Origin: Calditrichota bacterium
GTDB lineage: Bacteria; Electryoneota; RPQS01
Assembly (NCBI GenBank): GCA_020637395.1
Contig: JACJWA010000001.1
Location: 1,327,228 to 1,391,227, forward strand
Length of the DNA: 64,000 nucleotides
Direction: 5' to 3'
In this document: positions 8,857-20,446 of the stretch, one piece after another
Layout of the letters: the number at the start of each line of letters is the position of its first letter
How positions within the stretch are numbered: the first letter of the stretch is position 1
Translations under genes and position numbers: made by a program
Notes under the pieces: model-generated
Told to the model about the DNA's origin: nothing
Seen by the model: only the letters and a program-made list of their open reading frames with translations
The model's database searches: none

Positions 8857-8857
8857 G

Positions 8858-8931
<74 letters not shown>

Positions 8932-8978
8932 ATGAATTGGCTAATATAGGCCGCCTGACCACGAATGTCAAGTCACTC

Positions 8979-10223
8979 CTAAAATTCGTCATCCTGTGCG
9001 CCTTCTTCCGTAAGTTTCAGCAAGCAACTTTCCACTCGTCGGTCACTGGCACGCAGAATTCTGATCGTAACATTATCAATAACAATTTCTTCACCAGGCT
9101 TCCCAATGTGCCCTAGGTGTTCCGCCAAAAGCCCGGACAACGTGGCATAGTCTCCGTCCGGAGGCCGCCACCCCGTTCCCTCAGCAATATCCGAGAGGTC
9201 TGCAAGCGCCGAAACAAGGTACTTTCCGCGCGCCAGCCGCTTGATCGCGTGCAGACGAGTCTCATCTGTTTCGCTTAAGGGGCCGACCAGCTCTCTGAAA
9301 AGATCCTTGCGTGTGATGATACCGTCCGTCCCGCCGTGTTCATCCACCACAATTCCCGCTGGAGCTCCGCCGTGCTTGAACTGCTCAATCAGCTCAACCA
9401 GAAGCTTTGACTCGGGGACAAATAGTGCTGGCCGCAACAACTCCTCAAGAGAAGCCCGCGGCACCAACAGATCCTTAGATTCCACTATCCCAATGATGTC
9501 GTCCACAGTCTGGTCGTAAATGGGAATTACGCTATGTCGGGTATCCTCTACCGTTTCAATAAGCTCAGCTATCGTGGAGGTCTTTGGCAGCGCAACCAGC
9601 AAGGGACGGGGAGTCATAATGTCCCGGGCACGCACTTCGCGCGCATGAAGATATCGCTCGAGAATCTCCGATTCTTTTGCCGTGACCGTGCCCTCCCGGC
9701 TTGCCCTGCCCAATACAGAATCAATCTCCCTACGAAACAGGACATCATAGGCGTGAGCAGAGTGGTCTCCACTGCCCGTCCGACGGCGAAGCACTTTTTC
9801 CAGAGGAGCAATGAATAGTCTGAACGGAGCAAACAGCCAATAGAATGCATACAACGTGGGCGAGGCGATGCGCACGATTCGGTTTGCGAATGCCAGTCCG
9901 ATGGTCTTGGGAATCACCTCTCCGATGATGATCACGGCAAACGGCGACAAGAGAATCAGCAAGGTCTCTGAAATGCCCGCCTGGCCGGCCCAGATCACGA
10001 GAAAGGAAGAATAGGCCACGTTCGCGAGATTGTTTCCGACAAGCGTCGTGAACAGGTAGCGTTCTGGAACGGTCGCGAAAAACTCCACGGAGCTGCTTCC
10101 AAATTTCCCCGCCTTTTTCCACCCGCCCATAATGATGGTGTCAAATGTCGTGAAGGAGATTTCCAGCGCTGAGAAGTAACTGCTCAGAGCAAGCGCTGCA
10201 AGTGTGAGGCCTATGAACTCCAT
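8979..10223 (-). CDS. CNNM/CorC/HlyC-family transporter (DUF21 TM domain + CBS pair + CorC_HlyC C-terminal domain)
   Basis: 414 aa. N-terminal TM region with GEVIPKT, a CBS-pair region (ARDIMTPRP..., IPIYDQTVDDIIGIV) and a C-terminal transporter-associated domain. Confidence 0.85.
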   Translation of the reverse strand: MEFIGLTLAALALSSYFSALEISFTTFDTIIMGGWKKAGKFGSSSVEFFATVPERYLFTTLVGNNLANVAYSSFLVIWAGQAGISETLLILLSPFAVIIIGEVIPKTIGLAFANRIVRIASPTLYAFYWLFAPFRLFIAPLEKVLRRRTGSGDHSAHAYDVLFRREIDSVLGRASREGTVTAKESEILERYLHAREVRARDIMTPRPLLVALPKTSTIAELIETVEDTRHSVIPIYDQTVDDIIGIVESKDLLVPRASLEELLRPALFVPESKLLVELIEQFKHGGAPAGIVVDEHGGTDGIITRKDLFRELVGPLSETDETRLHAIKRLARGKYLVSALADLSDIAEGTGWRPPDGDYATLSGLLAEHLGHIGKPGEEIVIDNVTIRILRASDRRVESCLLKLTEEGAQDDEF

Positions 10224-10837
10224 GTTCCCACCTCCTGCGCGGTGAGTCGCCCCGCCGTTTGCTCATGCAGCTGCGCTACAAACGTCTCTGTCTTGTCTCG
10301 CGACAACTTCACTAGCATTTTCATGCCGTCCGACTGCGCCGAAATCTCAACTACACCTCCCAGCTTTCCCGCAATATGAAACACGTGTGACTGCAACTCA
10401 AATGGTACTTGTACACGAAACACGACACCTGTCCGGCGAAGAACTCGCGGTGCCTGATCGAGCGCCAGCGATGCTGCTTCGGAGTACGCACGAACCAATC
10501 CGCCCGTGCCAAGCTTCGTCCCGCCAAACCACCGCGTGACGATCACGCAGCAGTTCTCTATCTCACATCGCTTGACCTCACCCAAAATCGGGATTCCCGC
10601 TGTGCCTTTTGGTTCTCCGGCGTCGCTCGAACGCTCAACCAACTCATCACCTACCCTGAGCACGAAGGCCCAGCAGTGATGCGACGCATCAAAGTGCTCT
10701 TTGCGAGTCTGCTCCAACAGGGCGTGAATCGCTTCCTCGCTTTCAACCGGCAACGCCGTGGCCCAAAAGCGGGAGCCCAGCACACGCGTCTGCGCTGTGC
10801 CGGGCCCCGCAAGTGTCCAATACTCTTCGGACAGCAT
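10211..10837 (-). CDS. yigZ: YigZ/IMPACT (UPF0029) family protein
   Basis: 208 aa with family-typical motifs HHCWAF and SDAGEPKGTAGIPIL. Overlaps the downstream corC-like gene by 13 nt. Confidence 0.75.
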   Translation of the reverse strand: MLSEEYWTLAGPGTAQTRVLGSRFWATALPVESEEAIHALLEQTRKEHFDASHHCWAFVLRVGDELVERSSDAGEPKGTAGIPILGEVKRCEIENCCVIVTRWFGGTKLGTGGLVRAYSEAASLALDQAPRVLRRTGVVFRVQVPFELQSHVFHIAGKLGGVVEISAQSDGMKMLVKLSRDKTETFVAQLHEQTAGRLTAQEVGTWSS

Positions 10838-10848
10838 TCGTCCGGTGG

Positions 10849-13635
10849 TTACCCCTTCTTATGCTGCAATGTGGCTTGCGCCGCCGCCAATCGCGCGATC
10901 GGCACACGGAACGGGCTGCACGACACGTAGTCCAGGCCGGCGCCGTCGAAGAAAATTACAGACGACGGTTCGCCTCCGTGCTCTCCGCAGATACCAACCT
11001 TGAGCTTCGGCTTCGTTTGGCGGCCTCGGCTTGTGCCCATTTCGACCAACTGACCTACGCCCGTCTGATCGAGCGCCTCGAACGGATCCGCCTGAAGCAA
11101 CTGAGACTGCACGTAGTACGGAAGGAATCGTCCGGAATCATCTCGCGACAATCCCATGCAGGTCTGAGTCAAGTCGTTCGTTCCAAAGCTGAAGAAGTCC
11201 GCGATCTGCGCGATCTGATCGGCCACCAGCGCCGCGCGCGGCAGCTCAATCATCGTGCCGACGAGGTACTCCACGGTGACGCCAGATGTCTTGAAGGCCC
11301 CTTTCGCCGCACGGTGAATCACATCCGCCTGCGCCTTTAATTCGCCTGGCGTCATCACCAGCGGCACCATCACTTCAGGATGAACCTCCGTGCCTTGCTT
11401 CTTGACTTCGCACGCCGCCGTGAAAATTGCGCGTGCCTGCATCTCAGTGATCTCGGGATACAGAATGCCCAAACGGCAGCCGCGATGACCGAGCATGGGG
11501 TTCATCTCGTGAAGCAGTTCAATTTTTGCTTCGATGTCTTTGGAATTCACGCCCATCTTCTTCGCCAAGTCGTTCACAGCAGCGTCGCCGTGCGGAAGGA
11601 ACTCGTGCAGAGGCGGATCCAGCAGGCGAATCGTCACAGGCAAGCCATTCATCACCTTGAAGATGCCCACGAAGTCCTCGCGCTGATACGGTTCGAGCTT
11701 CGCAAGCGCTTTCTTGCGCCCTTCAAGATCCGCCGCAAGAATCATCTCGCGAACAGCGTCAATGCGATCACCTTCAAAGAACATGTGCTCGGTGCGTGTT
11801 AAACCGATGCCTTCCGCGCCAAATGCAAGGGCATTCTTGCACTGATCCGGCTGATCGGCATTCGTGCGCACGCGCATTCTGCGAACCTTGTCCGCCCACC
11901 CCATCAGCTTTGCGTACAGTTGATACGTCGGAGCATCCTTCGGATCGAGTGTCTTATCAAGCAGCACTTGAATCACTTCAGATGGCTTGGTGGGAATGGC
12001 GCCTTCGTAGATTTCACCGGTCGTTCCGTTCAGCGAAATCCAATCGCCTTCCTTCACGGTCTTGCTGCCAGCCGTGAAATGTCCCTTTGTATAGTCAATG
12101 TGAATCTGCTCGCATCCTGCCACGCAGACCTTGCCCATCTGACGCGCAACCAGCGCCGCGTGCGACGTCATGCCGCCGCGCTGCGTGAGAATGCCCTGCG
12201 CCGCGTCCATGCCGCGAATGTCTTCGGGGCTTGTCTCGACACGTGCCAAAATGACCTTCTCGCCTTTCGCCGCCCACGCTTCCGCGTCGCTTGCATGGAA
12301 CACCACGCGGCCCGCCGCTGCACCCGGACCCGCATTTAGACCACGAGCGATCGGTGATACGCTCTTCAATTTTTCCGCGTCAAACACCGGACGCAGCAAT
12401 TGATTCAACGCATTCGGGTCCACGCGAAGCACCGCGTCATCCGAGGAAAGCAATCCTTCATCAACCATTTCGACGGCGATGCGAACCGCGGCCATACCCG
12501 TGCGCTTGCCAACGCGACATTGAAGCATCCACAATTTCTTGTCCTGAATCGTGAACTCAATGTCGTTCATGTCCTTGTAGTGCTTCTCGAGCGTATCCGA
12601 AATCGTCAAGAGCTGCTTGTAGGCATCCGGCATGGTTTCTTCAAGCGACGGGAAGCTCTTCGAACGATCCGCTTCGCTGATTCCGTGGTTTTCCGACCAC
12701 GTCTTGGAAGCTTTCACCGCCACCTGCTGCGGAGTGCGCGTGCCGGCCACCACATCTTCGCCCTGCGCGTTCACGAGGAACTCGCCATAAAAAACCTTTT
12801 CGCCCGTTGCCGGGTCGCGCGTGAACGCTACACCGGTCGCGCAATCATTGCCCAAATTGCCGAACACCATCGCCTGCACATTGACCGCAGTGCCCCAACT
12901 TTCGGGAATCCTATTCAAACGGCGATAGACAATCGCGCGCTCATTCATCCAAGAATTGAATACCGCACCGACCGCGCCCCAAAGCTGTTCCTGCGGATCT
13001 TCCGGGAAAGCAACGCCCTTGCGTTCCTTGATGATCTTCTTGAATTCGGCAACAAGCTCCTTGAGCTGATCCGCATTCAAATCCGAATCATACTTGACGC
13101 CGGCCTTCTTCTTCTTGGCGTCCAGCAAATCTTCAAACGGATCGTGCTCTTCCTTGGTCTGAGGTTTGAGATCCAGCACCACGTCGCCGTACATCGCGAC
13201 AAAGCGACGATAGGAATCGTAGGCAAAACGCGCATCACCTGAACGGGCAATCAGGCCTTCCACGGTCTTGTCATTCAGACCCAAGTTCAGAATCGTGTCC
13301 ATCATGCCGGGCATCGAGGCGCGCGCGCCGCTGCGAACTGAAACCAGCAACGGGTTTTGAGCGTCGCCAAACTTCGCGCCGGTCAATCCTTCAATGTACT
13401 TGATACCGTCGGCAATCTGTGCGGTCAATTCGGTCGGGTAGCTTCGATTATTGGCATAATAATACGTGCAGACTTCGGTGGAAATCGTATATCCCGGCGG
13501 AACAGGCAGGCCAAGATGATTCATTTCGGCGAGGTTTGCACCTTTGCCGCCGAGCAGATCCTTCATATCGGCACGGCCTTCTGCTTTTCCATTGCCGAAT
13601 GTGTAAACGTACTTACTCAAGGGATGCTTCTCCAA
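10849..13635 (-). CDS. ppdK: Pyruvate, phosphate dikinase
   Basis: 928 aa. N-terminus [31 protein letters not shown], phosphohistidine region [15 protein letters not shown] and a C-terminal PEP-utilising TIM-barrel ([10 protein letters not shown]). Confidence 0.95.
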   Translation of the reverse strand: MEKHPLSKYVYTFGNGKAEGRADMKDLLGGKGANLAEMNHLGLPVPPGYTISTEVCTYYYANNRSYPTELTAQIADGIKYIEGLTGAKFGDAQNPLLVSVRSGARASMPGMMDTILNLGLNDKTVEGLIARSGDARFAYDSYRRFVAMYGDVVLDLKPQTKEEHDPFEDLLDAKKKKAGVKYDSDLNADQLKELVAEFKKIIKERKGVAFPEDPQEQLWGAVGAVFNSWMNERAIVYRRLNRIPESWGTAVNVQAMVFGNLGNDCATGVAFTRDPATGEKVFYGEFLVNAQGEDVVAGTRTPQQVAVKASKTWSENHGISEADRSKSFPSLEETMPDAYKQLLTISDTLEKHYKDMNDIEFTIQDKKLWMLQCRVGKRTGMAAVRIAVEMVDEGLLSSDDAVLRVDPNALNQLLRPVFDAEKLKSVSPIARGLNAGPGAAAGRVVFHASDAEAWAAKGEKVILARVETSPEDIRGMDAAQGILTQRGGMTSHAALVARQMGKVCVAGCEQIHIDYTKGHFTAGSKTVKEGDWISLNGTTGEIYEGAIPTKPSEVIQVLLDKTLDPKDAPTYQLYAKLMGWADKVRRMRVRTNADQPDQCKNALAFGAEGIGLTRTEHMFFEGDRIDAVREMILAADLEGRKKALAKLEPYQREDFVGIFKVMNGLPVTIRLLDPPLHEFLPHGDAAVNDLAKKMGVNSKDIEAKIELLHEMNPMLGHRGCRLGILYPEITEMQARAIFTAACEVKKQGTEVHPEVMVPLVMTPGELKAQADVIHRAAKGAFKTSGVTVEYLVGTMIELPRAALVADQIAQIADFFSFGTNDLTQTCMGLSRDDSGRFLPYYVQSQLLQADPFEALDQTGVGQLVEMGTSRGRQTKPKLKVGICGEHGGEPSSVIFFDGAGLDYVSCSPFRVPIARLAAAQATLQHKKG

Positions 13636-13650
13636 GTGTGTAAAGAGGCG

Positions 13651-13669
13651 GGGACGGCCAAGCCGTCCC
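13651..13669 (-). terminator. Weak terminator-like hairpin between the M1 aminopeptidase and ppdK
   Basis: 8-bp stem gggacggc / gccgtccc with a 3-nt loop. On the minus strand it is followed only by ctcttt, a poor U-tract. Confidence 0.3.
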
Positions 13670-13684
13670 GCGATAAAGAATGGA

Positions 13685-15640
13685 CTATTTCAAGAGCACG
13701 GCTTTGACCGTGCGCGATTCCGAGTTGGTTGAAAGTTTGATCCAATAGACTCCTGAGGCTTGACCCGCAGCATTCCAGGTCAGCATATTCTCGCCCGGAA
13801 GCGCAAACGACTCTTGTTCGTGCACCAGCTGACCCTGAACATTATAAGCACGCAACTGTACATGCTGAGCGGAAGGCGACTGATACGAGATGTTCATGTC
13901 CGGATTGAACGGATTGGGATAGGATTTCAATATCTCGAAGCTTGCGGGCGATTCAATCTGATCCTCAGCTTCAAGCGAGTAATGATATACTACAGATTTC
14001 AGTACCCAGCCCTCAGGATCGAGTACCACAGAGTCCGGGAAGTTGGGCAGCGCGTTCATTGTGAAGTCACCATCCACCATAACCGTATCAGAATAAAGCA
14101 ATGCGCCGCCGCGATGATAGAAGTCCATCCGCAAGGGCATTGCGAATCCTTCGGGGTTGATCACATTCACGTGATGTCCAAACGGAATGCTTGCACCCCA
14201 CAGGTTCACCTCATAGTGCGGAAAACCCGTACCCTCGAACACCCACTCGTCGAAGAACCATTGCAAGGTTGAATCGTAGTGCGTCTCGCAGACGGTCTGG
14301 AAGTCCGCAGTTGTGGCCGTCGCAAAAGCAAACTGCTGACCGTAGTCGCGCAATGATTCGAAGAACAGCGAGTCCCCCATCACCCAACGCAGCATGTGAA
14401 GCACACACGCGCCTTTCTCATAGACGATTGCTCCCCAATAGTAGTCCGGGTCGTAGATTGTTGAAACTGTTCCCGCAGACCGCGCCGCTGGCTGCAAGTC
14501 CGTTCGGACATAGTCTCGAAACTCGGTCTCGCCTCTCACCCACTCCATGCCAAGCGCTTCGCAATACGTGGCAAATCCCTCATTCAGCCAGAGATCACGC
14601 CAGTCCGCCACCGTCACCCAATTTCCCCACCATTGATGCGCCATTTCGTGAAAGAGCAGCCAGTCATAAGTTCGACCACTGATGACAGCGGCATCGTAGT
14701 GCGAGACGCAGGTCGCATGTTCCATGTCTCCGTTGCGCGTCATGTTGTATCCAAAACGGTCGAAGACATACGGTCCAAAGTTCTGCGAAAACGCGTCTAG
14801 GCAATTCGGCACCGCCTCAAAATGCACTTGCGCATTCGCCCATCTCGACGGATAGACGAAGTTCTCGATCACCGGATCACTCTCGCGCTGCGTCATGATC
14901 TGATAGTCGGAAACCGAGACAAACAGCAAATAGGTTGAAACCGGTTGATCCAATCTGTAGTGCCACCAGACCAGCCCATCCGCGTGCGTCGTGTCCAGGC
15001 GAATTCCCGAACTCACGCCCACTTTGCCTTCCGGGACACCCAGCCAGCACTCCCACTCGGTCTTGTCATTGGGATCGGCATAGCTCGGCAGCCATGCATA
15101 ATTCGCAGGCGGCGGTTCCAGATTCAATCCGTCTCCAAGAGTGTAGCAGATTTGCGGTCTCCAGGAATTCGTCTGGCCAAATCGCATGCCGCCCCAACTA
15201 TCAATGATAGACGGTGTGCCTCGATAGTGAATAGTGATCTCCGCCGTGTCCCCGGTATTGAGAGCAGGTGAAAGGTAAATCTGAAGGGAATCTTCCTGTT
15301 CACGCGTGAAGGAAGTTACAACGTGAGTGGAGCTCAGCACGGAATCTATCGCCAGACTTTGCACAAGGCGCAAGTCAACCCGGTCCAATCCATTTGTCTC
15401 AGAAACAAGCCTCAGCTTCGCTGACGCGAATATCCGGCTGCTGTCCAGGTCGAAAACTATCGTGGACCACATCTTCTGCACGTCGTAGAAGTGCAGGGAA
15501 TCGTCCAGAGAAGAAGGGCGTACCGATCTGCAAAACAGTTCTTGCGCAGGCTCTTCGAAGTCAGCAAGAAAGCGGTCATGCCACCCCTGCGCCCACGCAG
15601 ATGCAGCTAAGATTAATGATAACAATATGTTATATTTCAC
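13685..15640 (-). CDS. M1-family zinc aminopeptidase with a T9SS type-A C-terminal sorting domain
   Basis: Gluzincin signature [10 protein letters not shown]...[12 protein letters not shown] start and signal peptide [17 protein letters not shown]. The C-terminal ~80 aa ([14 protein letters not shown]...[22 protein letters not shown]) matches the Por/T9SS CTD pattern. Confidence 0.9.
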   Translation of the reverse strand: MKYNILLSLILAASAWAQGWHDRFLADFEEPAQELFCRSVRPSSLDDSLHFYDVQKMWSTIVFDLDSSRIFASAKLRLVSETNGLDRVDLRLVQSLAIDSVLSSTHVVTSFTREQEDSLQIYLSPALNTGDTAEITIHYRGTPSIIDSWGGMRFGQTNSWRPQICYTLGDGLNLEPPPANYAWLPSYADPNDKTEWECWLGVPEGKVGVSSGIRLDTTHADGLVWWHYRLDQPVSTYLLFVSVSDYQIMTQRESDPVIENFVYPSRWANAQVHFEAVPNCLDAFSQNFGPYVFDRFGYNMTRNGDMEHATCVSHYDAAVISGRTYDWLLFHEMAHQWWGNWVTVADWRDLWLNEGFATYCEALGMEWVRGETEFRDYVRTDLQPAARSAGTVSTIYDPDYYWGAIVYEKGACVLHMLRWVMGDSLFFESLRDYGQQFAFATATTADFQTVCETHYDSTLQWFFDEWVFEGTGFPHYEVNLWGASIPFGHHVNVINPEGFAMPLRMDFYHRGGALLYSDTVMVDGDFTMNALPNFPDSVVLDPEGWVLKSVVYHYSLEAEDQIESPASFEILKSYPNPFNPDMNISYQSPSAQHVQLRAYNVQGQLVHEQESFALPGENMLTWNAAGQASGVYWIKLSTNSESRTVKAVLLK

Positions 15641-15721
15641 GAAACTTCCTCATCTCTATGCAAAATTTACGACTTTAGCACATGAATTTCAAGGCTTTGT
15701 ACTTCGTGACAAACGCACAGA

Positions 15722-15738
15722 GGCCCCCAAAGGGGGCC
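15722..15738 (-). terminator. Possible terminator hairpin after the minus-strand C25 gene
   Basis: Stem ggccccc / gggggcc with an aaa loop. The downstream U-tract on the minus strand is weak (ctgtgcgtttgt). Confidence 0.35.
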
Positions 15739-15764
15739 CCTGCAATGTGTTCTGAAGGCTGTAC

Positions 15765-18700
15765 TTAGCGCCTTCTCAAGTAGGAACCAGAGAGGCGGTC
15801 GAACTGCTGCTCATGCGCGGTCGAACAGCGCTCCGTGGCCGCTTCACTCTTCTGTGTTTCAACTCTGTAAAACCTCTGTGAGTATTCTGTCCATTCATCA
15901 TCCACGAAGAATGTGTCTTGCGTGGTTGCAATTAGCTCGAAGGGACCGGACCACTGCGCCGAGGCAAGCACCGCATAGGCCGTTCCGACTGTGTCCACCG
16001 GCTTCCAATGCAAAGTAATGTCCTCGCCCGGCACAACGACCAATCCTTCGACGGGACGCTTCCTCCCAATGGATTCCGACACGACGATCCGAGTAATCTG
16101 CCAGAATCTGTCTCCGTAGTAGATGAACTTGAAGACCACTTCGGACTTGTGCGCCAATTCAGACAGGTCAGGCTCCTCGATGTGTTCCTGTGCACCTTCT
16201 TCGCCCGCGCCGGATCTCCACAAGAGATGCGGAAAAGTTCGTCCCCCGTCCGTGCTGGCCAATACCCGCGCTGCCACAGGTTCCTCCGCACTTCCTCCCG
16301 TCAAGCTGCTGCAGAACGTCAGTCGTGGTGCGGAAAGCAATGAAAGATCGAATGCTTCAGTCACGTAGGACGTCACATGCGTGCGAGCGCTGTTCATCAG
16401 AACCACCGACGGCGCTGCATCCCCCGTATTCATGAGTGAAAACTGCCCGACTGATCCGCGCTTGCGCATCGCCGCAAAGGTCTCCCCTTCTGGAATCAGC
16501 TCCCATTGCCGCTCGGCCCACGACGAAACCGTGAATTCAAACTCATCGGTAAGCACCGTGTTCTGAGGCGAGGATTGATCCGCGGCGCGCAGTCTGTAGG
16601 TGATTCGAGTCCCTGCCGACTGCGTGGGTATCTCTGCGTAATACTCTTCTGCGGCGTGCTGGAGAGCAATGCTCGAAAATCCGCCGCCGTTCACCCTATA
16701 GTCGCAGGCCACGAAGTCTAACTCGCTGTCGTCCTGCACATCCGCACGAATTGGAATCGGCCGCTGCGCATGGTGCCAGTCGACAACGGGAACATGAGTA
16801 ATCACCGGTGGATGAATGTCGTGAAGGATCGGGATTTGAAACCACTCAAGAATCCCGTTCACGAGCATCACGCGCGTCGAAGGCAAGGACCCATCATTCA
16901 GCGCGCCGAGTTCTATGGAACTTCCAACTGTGCGATAACCGGGTCCGGAATTCGCCACAGCAACCGTGTACTCCGAGCCTTCCCGGCTATTGCGAAGCAT
17001 CTCGAAGGCCGATCCGGTCGTCTCCAAACGATCAATGAAACTGTTCTCGCCGGAATAGGTGAAGGTCATGCCCTCCGTGAACCGACCGAGAGTGCCTGCC
17101 ACCGGTCCCGCATCGCCCACGCCGTCCGAGACACCGTGAATGCCGAAGTAGGGCTGCAATTCCGTTTGCGAGTCGAAGGCCCAGACATCCGCCCCCTCCC
17201 AGTAGCAGTTGCCTCCGTCGTCCAGATAGTAAGTTAGCCTCGCGGCTGACGCCGCGGAGAGTGCGTGTTCGTTGGGATGCACCCCGCAAAAAATCCATAT
17301 ACTTCGGTACAAGCTGAGATCCGTTGGCAGCACATTGCTTACTTCGTACTCGACTCCCAACACATCCAGTGCACCGACGATCCCGGGTATCTGCTGCGGC
17401 AGATCATCCAACACGTAAAGCAGCACGGGAATTTGATCAATTCGATGTCGTCCCCAGAGTGCGGCTGTGTCTCCGTTCGTCCCGCTGATTTCCACGTTGT
17501 ACTCAAATGCATAGCCGCGTGGAGTCAATGAGTCGCAGGCGAAATAGTACGAGATCGTATCTGCAGACGAGGCGGCAAGCTCATCTCTGAACCAATGCGT
17601 TTCTTGAATATGCAGATATTGATGATCAGGGTTGCATTCCGCGACGACCCCGCGTAGCGGCTCACCCCCGCGATTGGCGACCACGATGTCAAGTCTCAGT
17701 TGCTCGCCACCCTCAGGGAGTCCATCACCGTCACCTGTGACTTCGCGCAATTCTTGAGATACGAGCTCAAGATTCGGAGCGTGCAATTCCACAGTCCAGT
17801 TTCCGGCAAAGGTAGAGGTACCCCCGTGAACAAACCATGCTTGTATCGTCACCGAACTGCCGTCCGCGATGTGCGTGCCAATAGAGTATCCGACTTCTGT
17901 CTCTAACCAATCTTCATTCTGCACTGCAAATGCGGGCATTGGAAGGTCGGTGCGATTCAGGTTCAATCCGCCGCCTGAGACCTGCAAGCGAAGCACGCCT
18001 GCCGGCGACGTCGCAGTCCCAGCGTTGCGCACCAAAACGAACATGGTGCCGCGCTCGCCGCGATCTGCCCGCCCGTCCAAGTCGCCTTGAGTCTCACTTA
18101 GATCAAGTTCGACCAACTGAATAAGAGGTCCCGCGACCGGTGCAACGACCACATCGAATTGCCGCGGGACGATATTGTTGCCGTGAACGAACAGCGTCCA
18201 ATTATGCGCCGTGCTGAAAGGAAGCGCGACCAGAGCAAGCCCTGCCGAATTCGTCCGCACGATCCTCGGATATGTCGTTGGGCTGGTGAGCACAACTTCC
18301 ACGTATGCCAGAGGAGTCCCGTTGCGGGTCACAGTTACCGGAATGTGAGTGCTGCCAACGGGGAGTGTTTCCGGAATCGTCACCGCCACAGGTCGCGGCT
18401 GCGATGTGAAGAGCCTAAGGGACGGATCTCCCAGCAACACGAATTGTTGAATCGTCTCTTCGGTCAAACCTCCCTGTCCTTGTGGAAATGACTCCGCGCA
18501 GCGCAGTTTACCGAAGTCCAGCGCTTGACCCGCGTATTCACACCCTTCTTCAAACACGGCCTGCAAAGTCCCGAGTCCGATTGTATCGCTGAAAAAGAAA
18601 GCCGTACTTTCGGTCGCGCCTATGTAGCATAGGGCGCCTCCGTCGAGCAGGCCCAGGTTCCATTGCTCTGCGAAACTCGGTGCGCTTTCATCAAAGTCCG

Positions 18701-20060
18701 CTGTCGCACACGCAACTGAGACCACAACGCTCGCGCGATTCTCTTGCAATTGATTCAGCATCCCGCTCACAAAATGCGGGGCGACCGATGACCAGGACTC
18801 CGAATTGCCGTGGCCGATGTAGAAAGCCCAGAGCGGATTGGATTCGAGCGAGCTCATCAACAGCGGCAGAGCTCCTGATTGCGGCTGCTGCATGTGCGCT
18901 GCCGTAAGGCCCGCGCTTTGAAACAGGCCGCGTACCTGCACTCCATGAGATGGATCAAGTGCCGCAGAGCTCGAGAATACTGTGGCAGTTCCTGTGGACC
19001 CTGTCTCGCCATCTCGCTCATAGAGAAGAGCGCGGTCGAGCCAGTGCGTGAGTTGAGCGGTTGTTTCGCACGGAATTCTCCCCACGGAGATGTCCGGCAG
19101 AAAGTCGTCGCCCGCGAGTTGGCTGTAGGGGTGATCCGTCAGACTCGAACTCACGCCGTGGAATGCCGGGATCACTGAATAGTCGCCGACGATCAGCAAG
19201 AATTCCGGAGCGATTGAGCTTCCTTCAACTCGTTGCAGTAGGTAGGTTCGAAGCGCTTGCGCGCTGGCGGCAACCTCCGGGTACAGGATTAGCTCGCTTG
19301 GAATTCCCGAGATCTGCTTGAAGCTCCTCCATTCGTCAAGCAGCGGGGCAAACTGCGGCGACGTGACGATCCACAGTCTTGGTTCGACGATTTCTTCGGG
19401 AGTATTTGTTCCAAGGGGAAACGGCGAGAATTCTTGATAGAACGGAACGTCGCGGTGGCGGACACCGGGCCGGGCGTCCAGACTTTGGCCGCCCGAAAGT
19501 CGCACGCGCAGGCGAAGCCGATCTGTGACGACCAGTGAACGCGTGACAAAATTGTAGCCGACAGGTGTGATTGTGAACATCGTCACCGGAGTGCCACCGA
19601 ACTGCGCTGTGGACTGGACTCGAATCAGTTCCTCCGGATAGTGCGTGGACTGCGAGTAGATTTCTGTATCCGGAAGATAGATCAGGCTGGAAGACGCGGC
19701 ACGGTCCAGAAACTCAGGAGCCGGCATCGGATTCGCGCAACTGAGCGTTCGCGTTTGCTGTTCGAGGATCTCAAAATCCGCAAGGCTCACGGCAGCAGGA
19801 ATCCAGTCAGCAAGTTGCGGCAGCGCGGGAGCTCCCGGCTGATTCAATTTGGTCAATCCGGGCACACTAATCTCGACCCACTGTTCGCCCGAAAGGGAAA
19901 GGCTGTCAATCTCCATGGCAGGAAGCACGAACTCAATGAGCCACTCCGAGCGCCCGACCTGAGTCCAGGTCAGGACGTCTCGATCTGCTTCCCTCGCCGC
20001 AAACACAGTTTGTGCGAAAAGCATACAAGCCAGCAGGATTTGCGCAACATTCCGTTTCAT
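15765..20060 (-). CDS. Peptidase C25 (gingipain-like) family giant secreted protein with canonical clan-CD His/Cys motifs (1431 aa)
   Basis: Signal peptide MKRNVAQILLACMLFAQTVFA. Propeptide-like NQPGAPALPQL. C25 core with LLIVGDYSVIP, FYIGHGNSESW and VSVACATADF. C-terminal Ig-like, MAM-like and FN3-like domains plus a 30-aa basic tail. Confidence 0.85.
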   Translation of the reverse strand: MKRNVAQILLACMLFAQTVFAAREADRDVLTWTQVGRSEWLIEFVLPAMEIDSLSLSGEQWVEISVPGLTKLNQPGAPALPQLADWIPAAVSLADFEILEQQTRTLSCANPMPAPEFLDRAASSSLIYLPDTEIYSQSTHYPEELIRVQSTAQFGGTPVTMFTITPVGYNFVTRSLVVTDRLRLRVRLSGGQSLDARPGVRHRDVPFYQEFSPFPLGTNTPEEIVEPRLWIVTSPQFAPLLDEWRSFKQISGIPSELILYPEVAASAQALRTYLLQRVEGSSIAPEFLLIVGDYSVIPAFHGVSSSLTDHPYSQLAGDDFLPDISVGRIPCETTAQLTHWLDRALLYERDGETGSTGTATVFSSSAALDPSHGVQVRGLFQSAGLTAAHMQQPQSGALPLLMSSLESNPLWAFYIGHGNSESWSSVAPHFVSGMLNQLQENRASVVVSVACATADFDESAPSFAEQWNLGLLDGGALCYIGATESTAFFFSDTIGLGTLQAVFEEGCEYAGQALDFGKLRCAESFPQGQGGLTEETIQQFVLLGDPSLRLFTSQPRPVAVTIPETLPVGSTHIPVTVTRNGTPLAYVEVVLTSPTTYPRIVRTNSAGLALVALPFSTAHNWTLFVHGNNIVPRQFDVVVAPVAGPLIQLVELDLSETQGDLDGRADRGERGTMFVLVRNAGTATSPAGVLRLQVSGGGLNLNRTDLPMPAFAVQNEDWLETEVGYSIGTHIADGSSVTIQAWFVHGGTSTFAGNWTVELHAPNLELVSQELREVTGDGDGLPEGGEQLRLDIVVANRGGEPLRGVVAECNPDHQYLHIQETHWFRDELAASSADTISYYFACDSLTPRGYAFEYNVEISGTNGDTAALWGRHRIDQIPVLLYVLDDLPQQIPGIVGALDVLGVEYEVSNVLPTDLSLYRSIWIFCGVHPNEHALSAASAARLTYYLDDGGNCYWEGADVWAFDSQTELQPYFGIHGVSDGVGDAGPVAGTLGRFTEGMTFTYSGENSFIDRLETTGSAFEMLRNSREGSEYTVAVANSGPGYRTVGSSIELGALNDGSLPSTRVMLVNGILEWFQIPILHDIHPPVITHVPVVDWHHAQRPIPIRADVQDDSELDFVACDYRVNGGGFSSIALQHAAEEYYAEIPTQSAGTRITYRLRAADQSSPQNTVLTDEFEFTVSSWAERQWELIPEGETFAAMRKRGSVGQFSLMNTGDAAPSVVLMNSARTHVTSYVTEAFDLSLLSAPRLTFCSSLTGGSAEEPVAARVLASTDGGRTFPHLLWRSGAGEEGAQEHIEEPDLSELAHKSEVVFKFIYYGDRFWQITRIVVSESIGRKRPVEGLVVVPGEDITLHWKPVDTVGTAYAVLASAQWSGPFELIATTQDTFFVDDEWTEYSQRFYRVETQKSEAATERCSTAHEQQFDRLSGSYLRRR

Positions 20061-20125
20061 GATCTCTACCTTTTCATCTGTCTCGGAGCCTTCGGTACTG
20101 ATTGAGCAAACCCCTTGCCCAAGAC

Positions 20126-20160
20126 AAAAAGCGGGCTACCGGTATGCTCCGGAAGCCCGC
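20126..20160 (-). terminator. Rho-independent terminator after the cold-shock gene
   Basis: Minus strand: gcgggct-tccgg-agcata-ccgg-t-agcccgc followed by ttttt. Confidence 0.75.
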
Positions 20161-20182
20161 CTGATATCTGTTCGTCTGTGGA

Positions 20183-20446
20183 TCAGCTCAGAACTTCGAC
20201 ATGAAAGGCCTGCTCGCCCTTGGGACCGGGCACCTTTTCATAAGTCACACGATCACCCGGCTCGAGCACTCGATACCCACGCCCCTTGATCGAAGAATAG
20301 TGCACGAAGATCTCCTCGCCTGACTCGGACTCTATGAAGCCGAATCCCTTCTTCTGGGAGAACCACTTCACCACACCGCGGTCAGTCAATCCACTCGAGG
20401 GAGCATCGGACTTGGCTCGAATTGCTGTAATCATGCTTTCCTTCAC
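20183..20446 (-). CDS. Cold-shock domain protein (CspA family) with a ~20-aa N-terminal extension
   Basis: GVVKWFSQKKGFGFI (RNP1-like) and IFVHYS (RNP2-like). The start may be M1 or M5. Confidence 0.9.
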   Translation of the reverse strand: MKESMITAIRAKSDAPSSGLTDRGVVKWFSQKKGFGFIESESGEEIFVHYSSIKGRGYRVLEPGDRVTYEKVPGPKGEQAFHVEVLS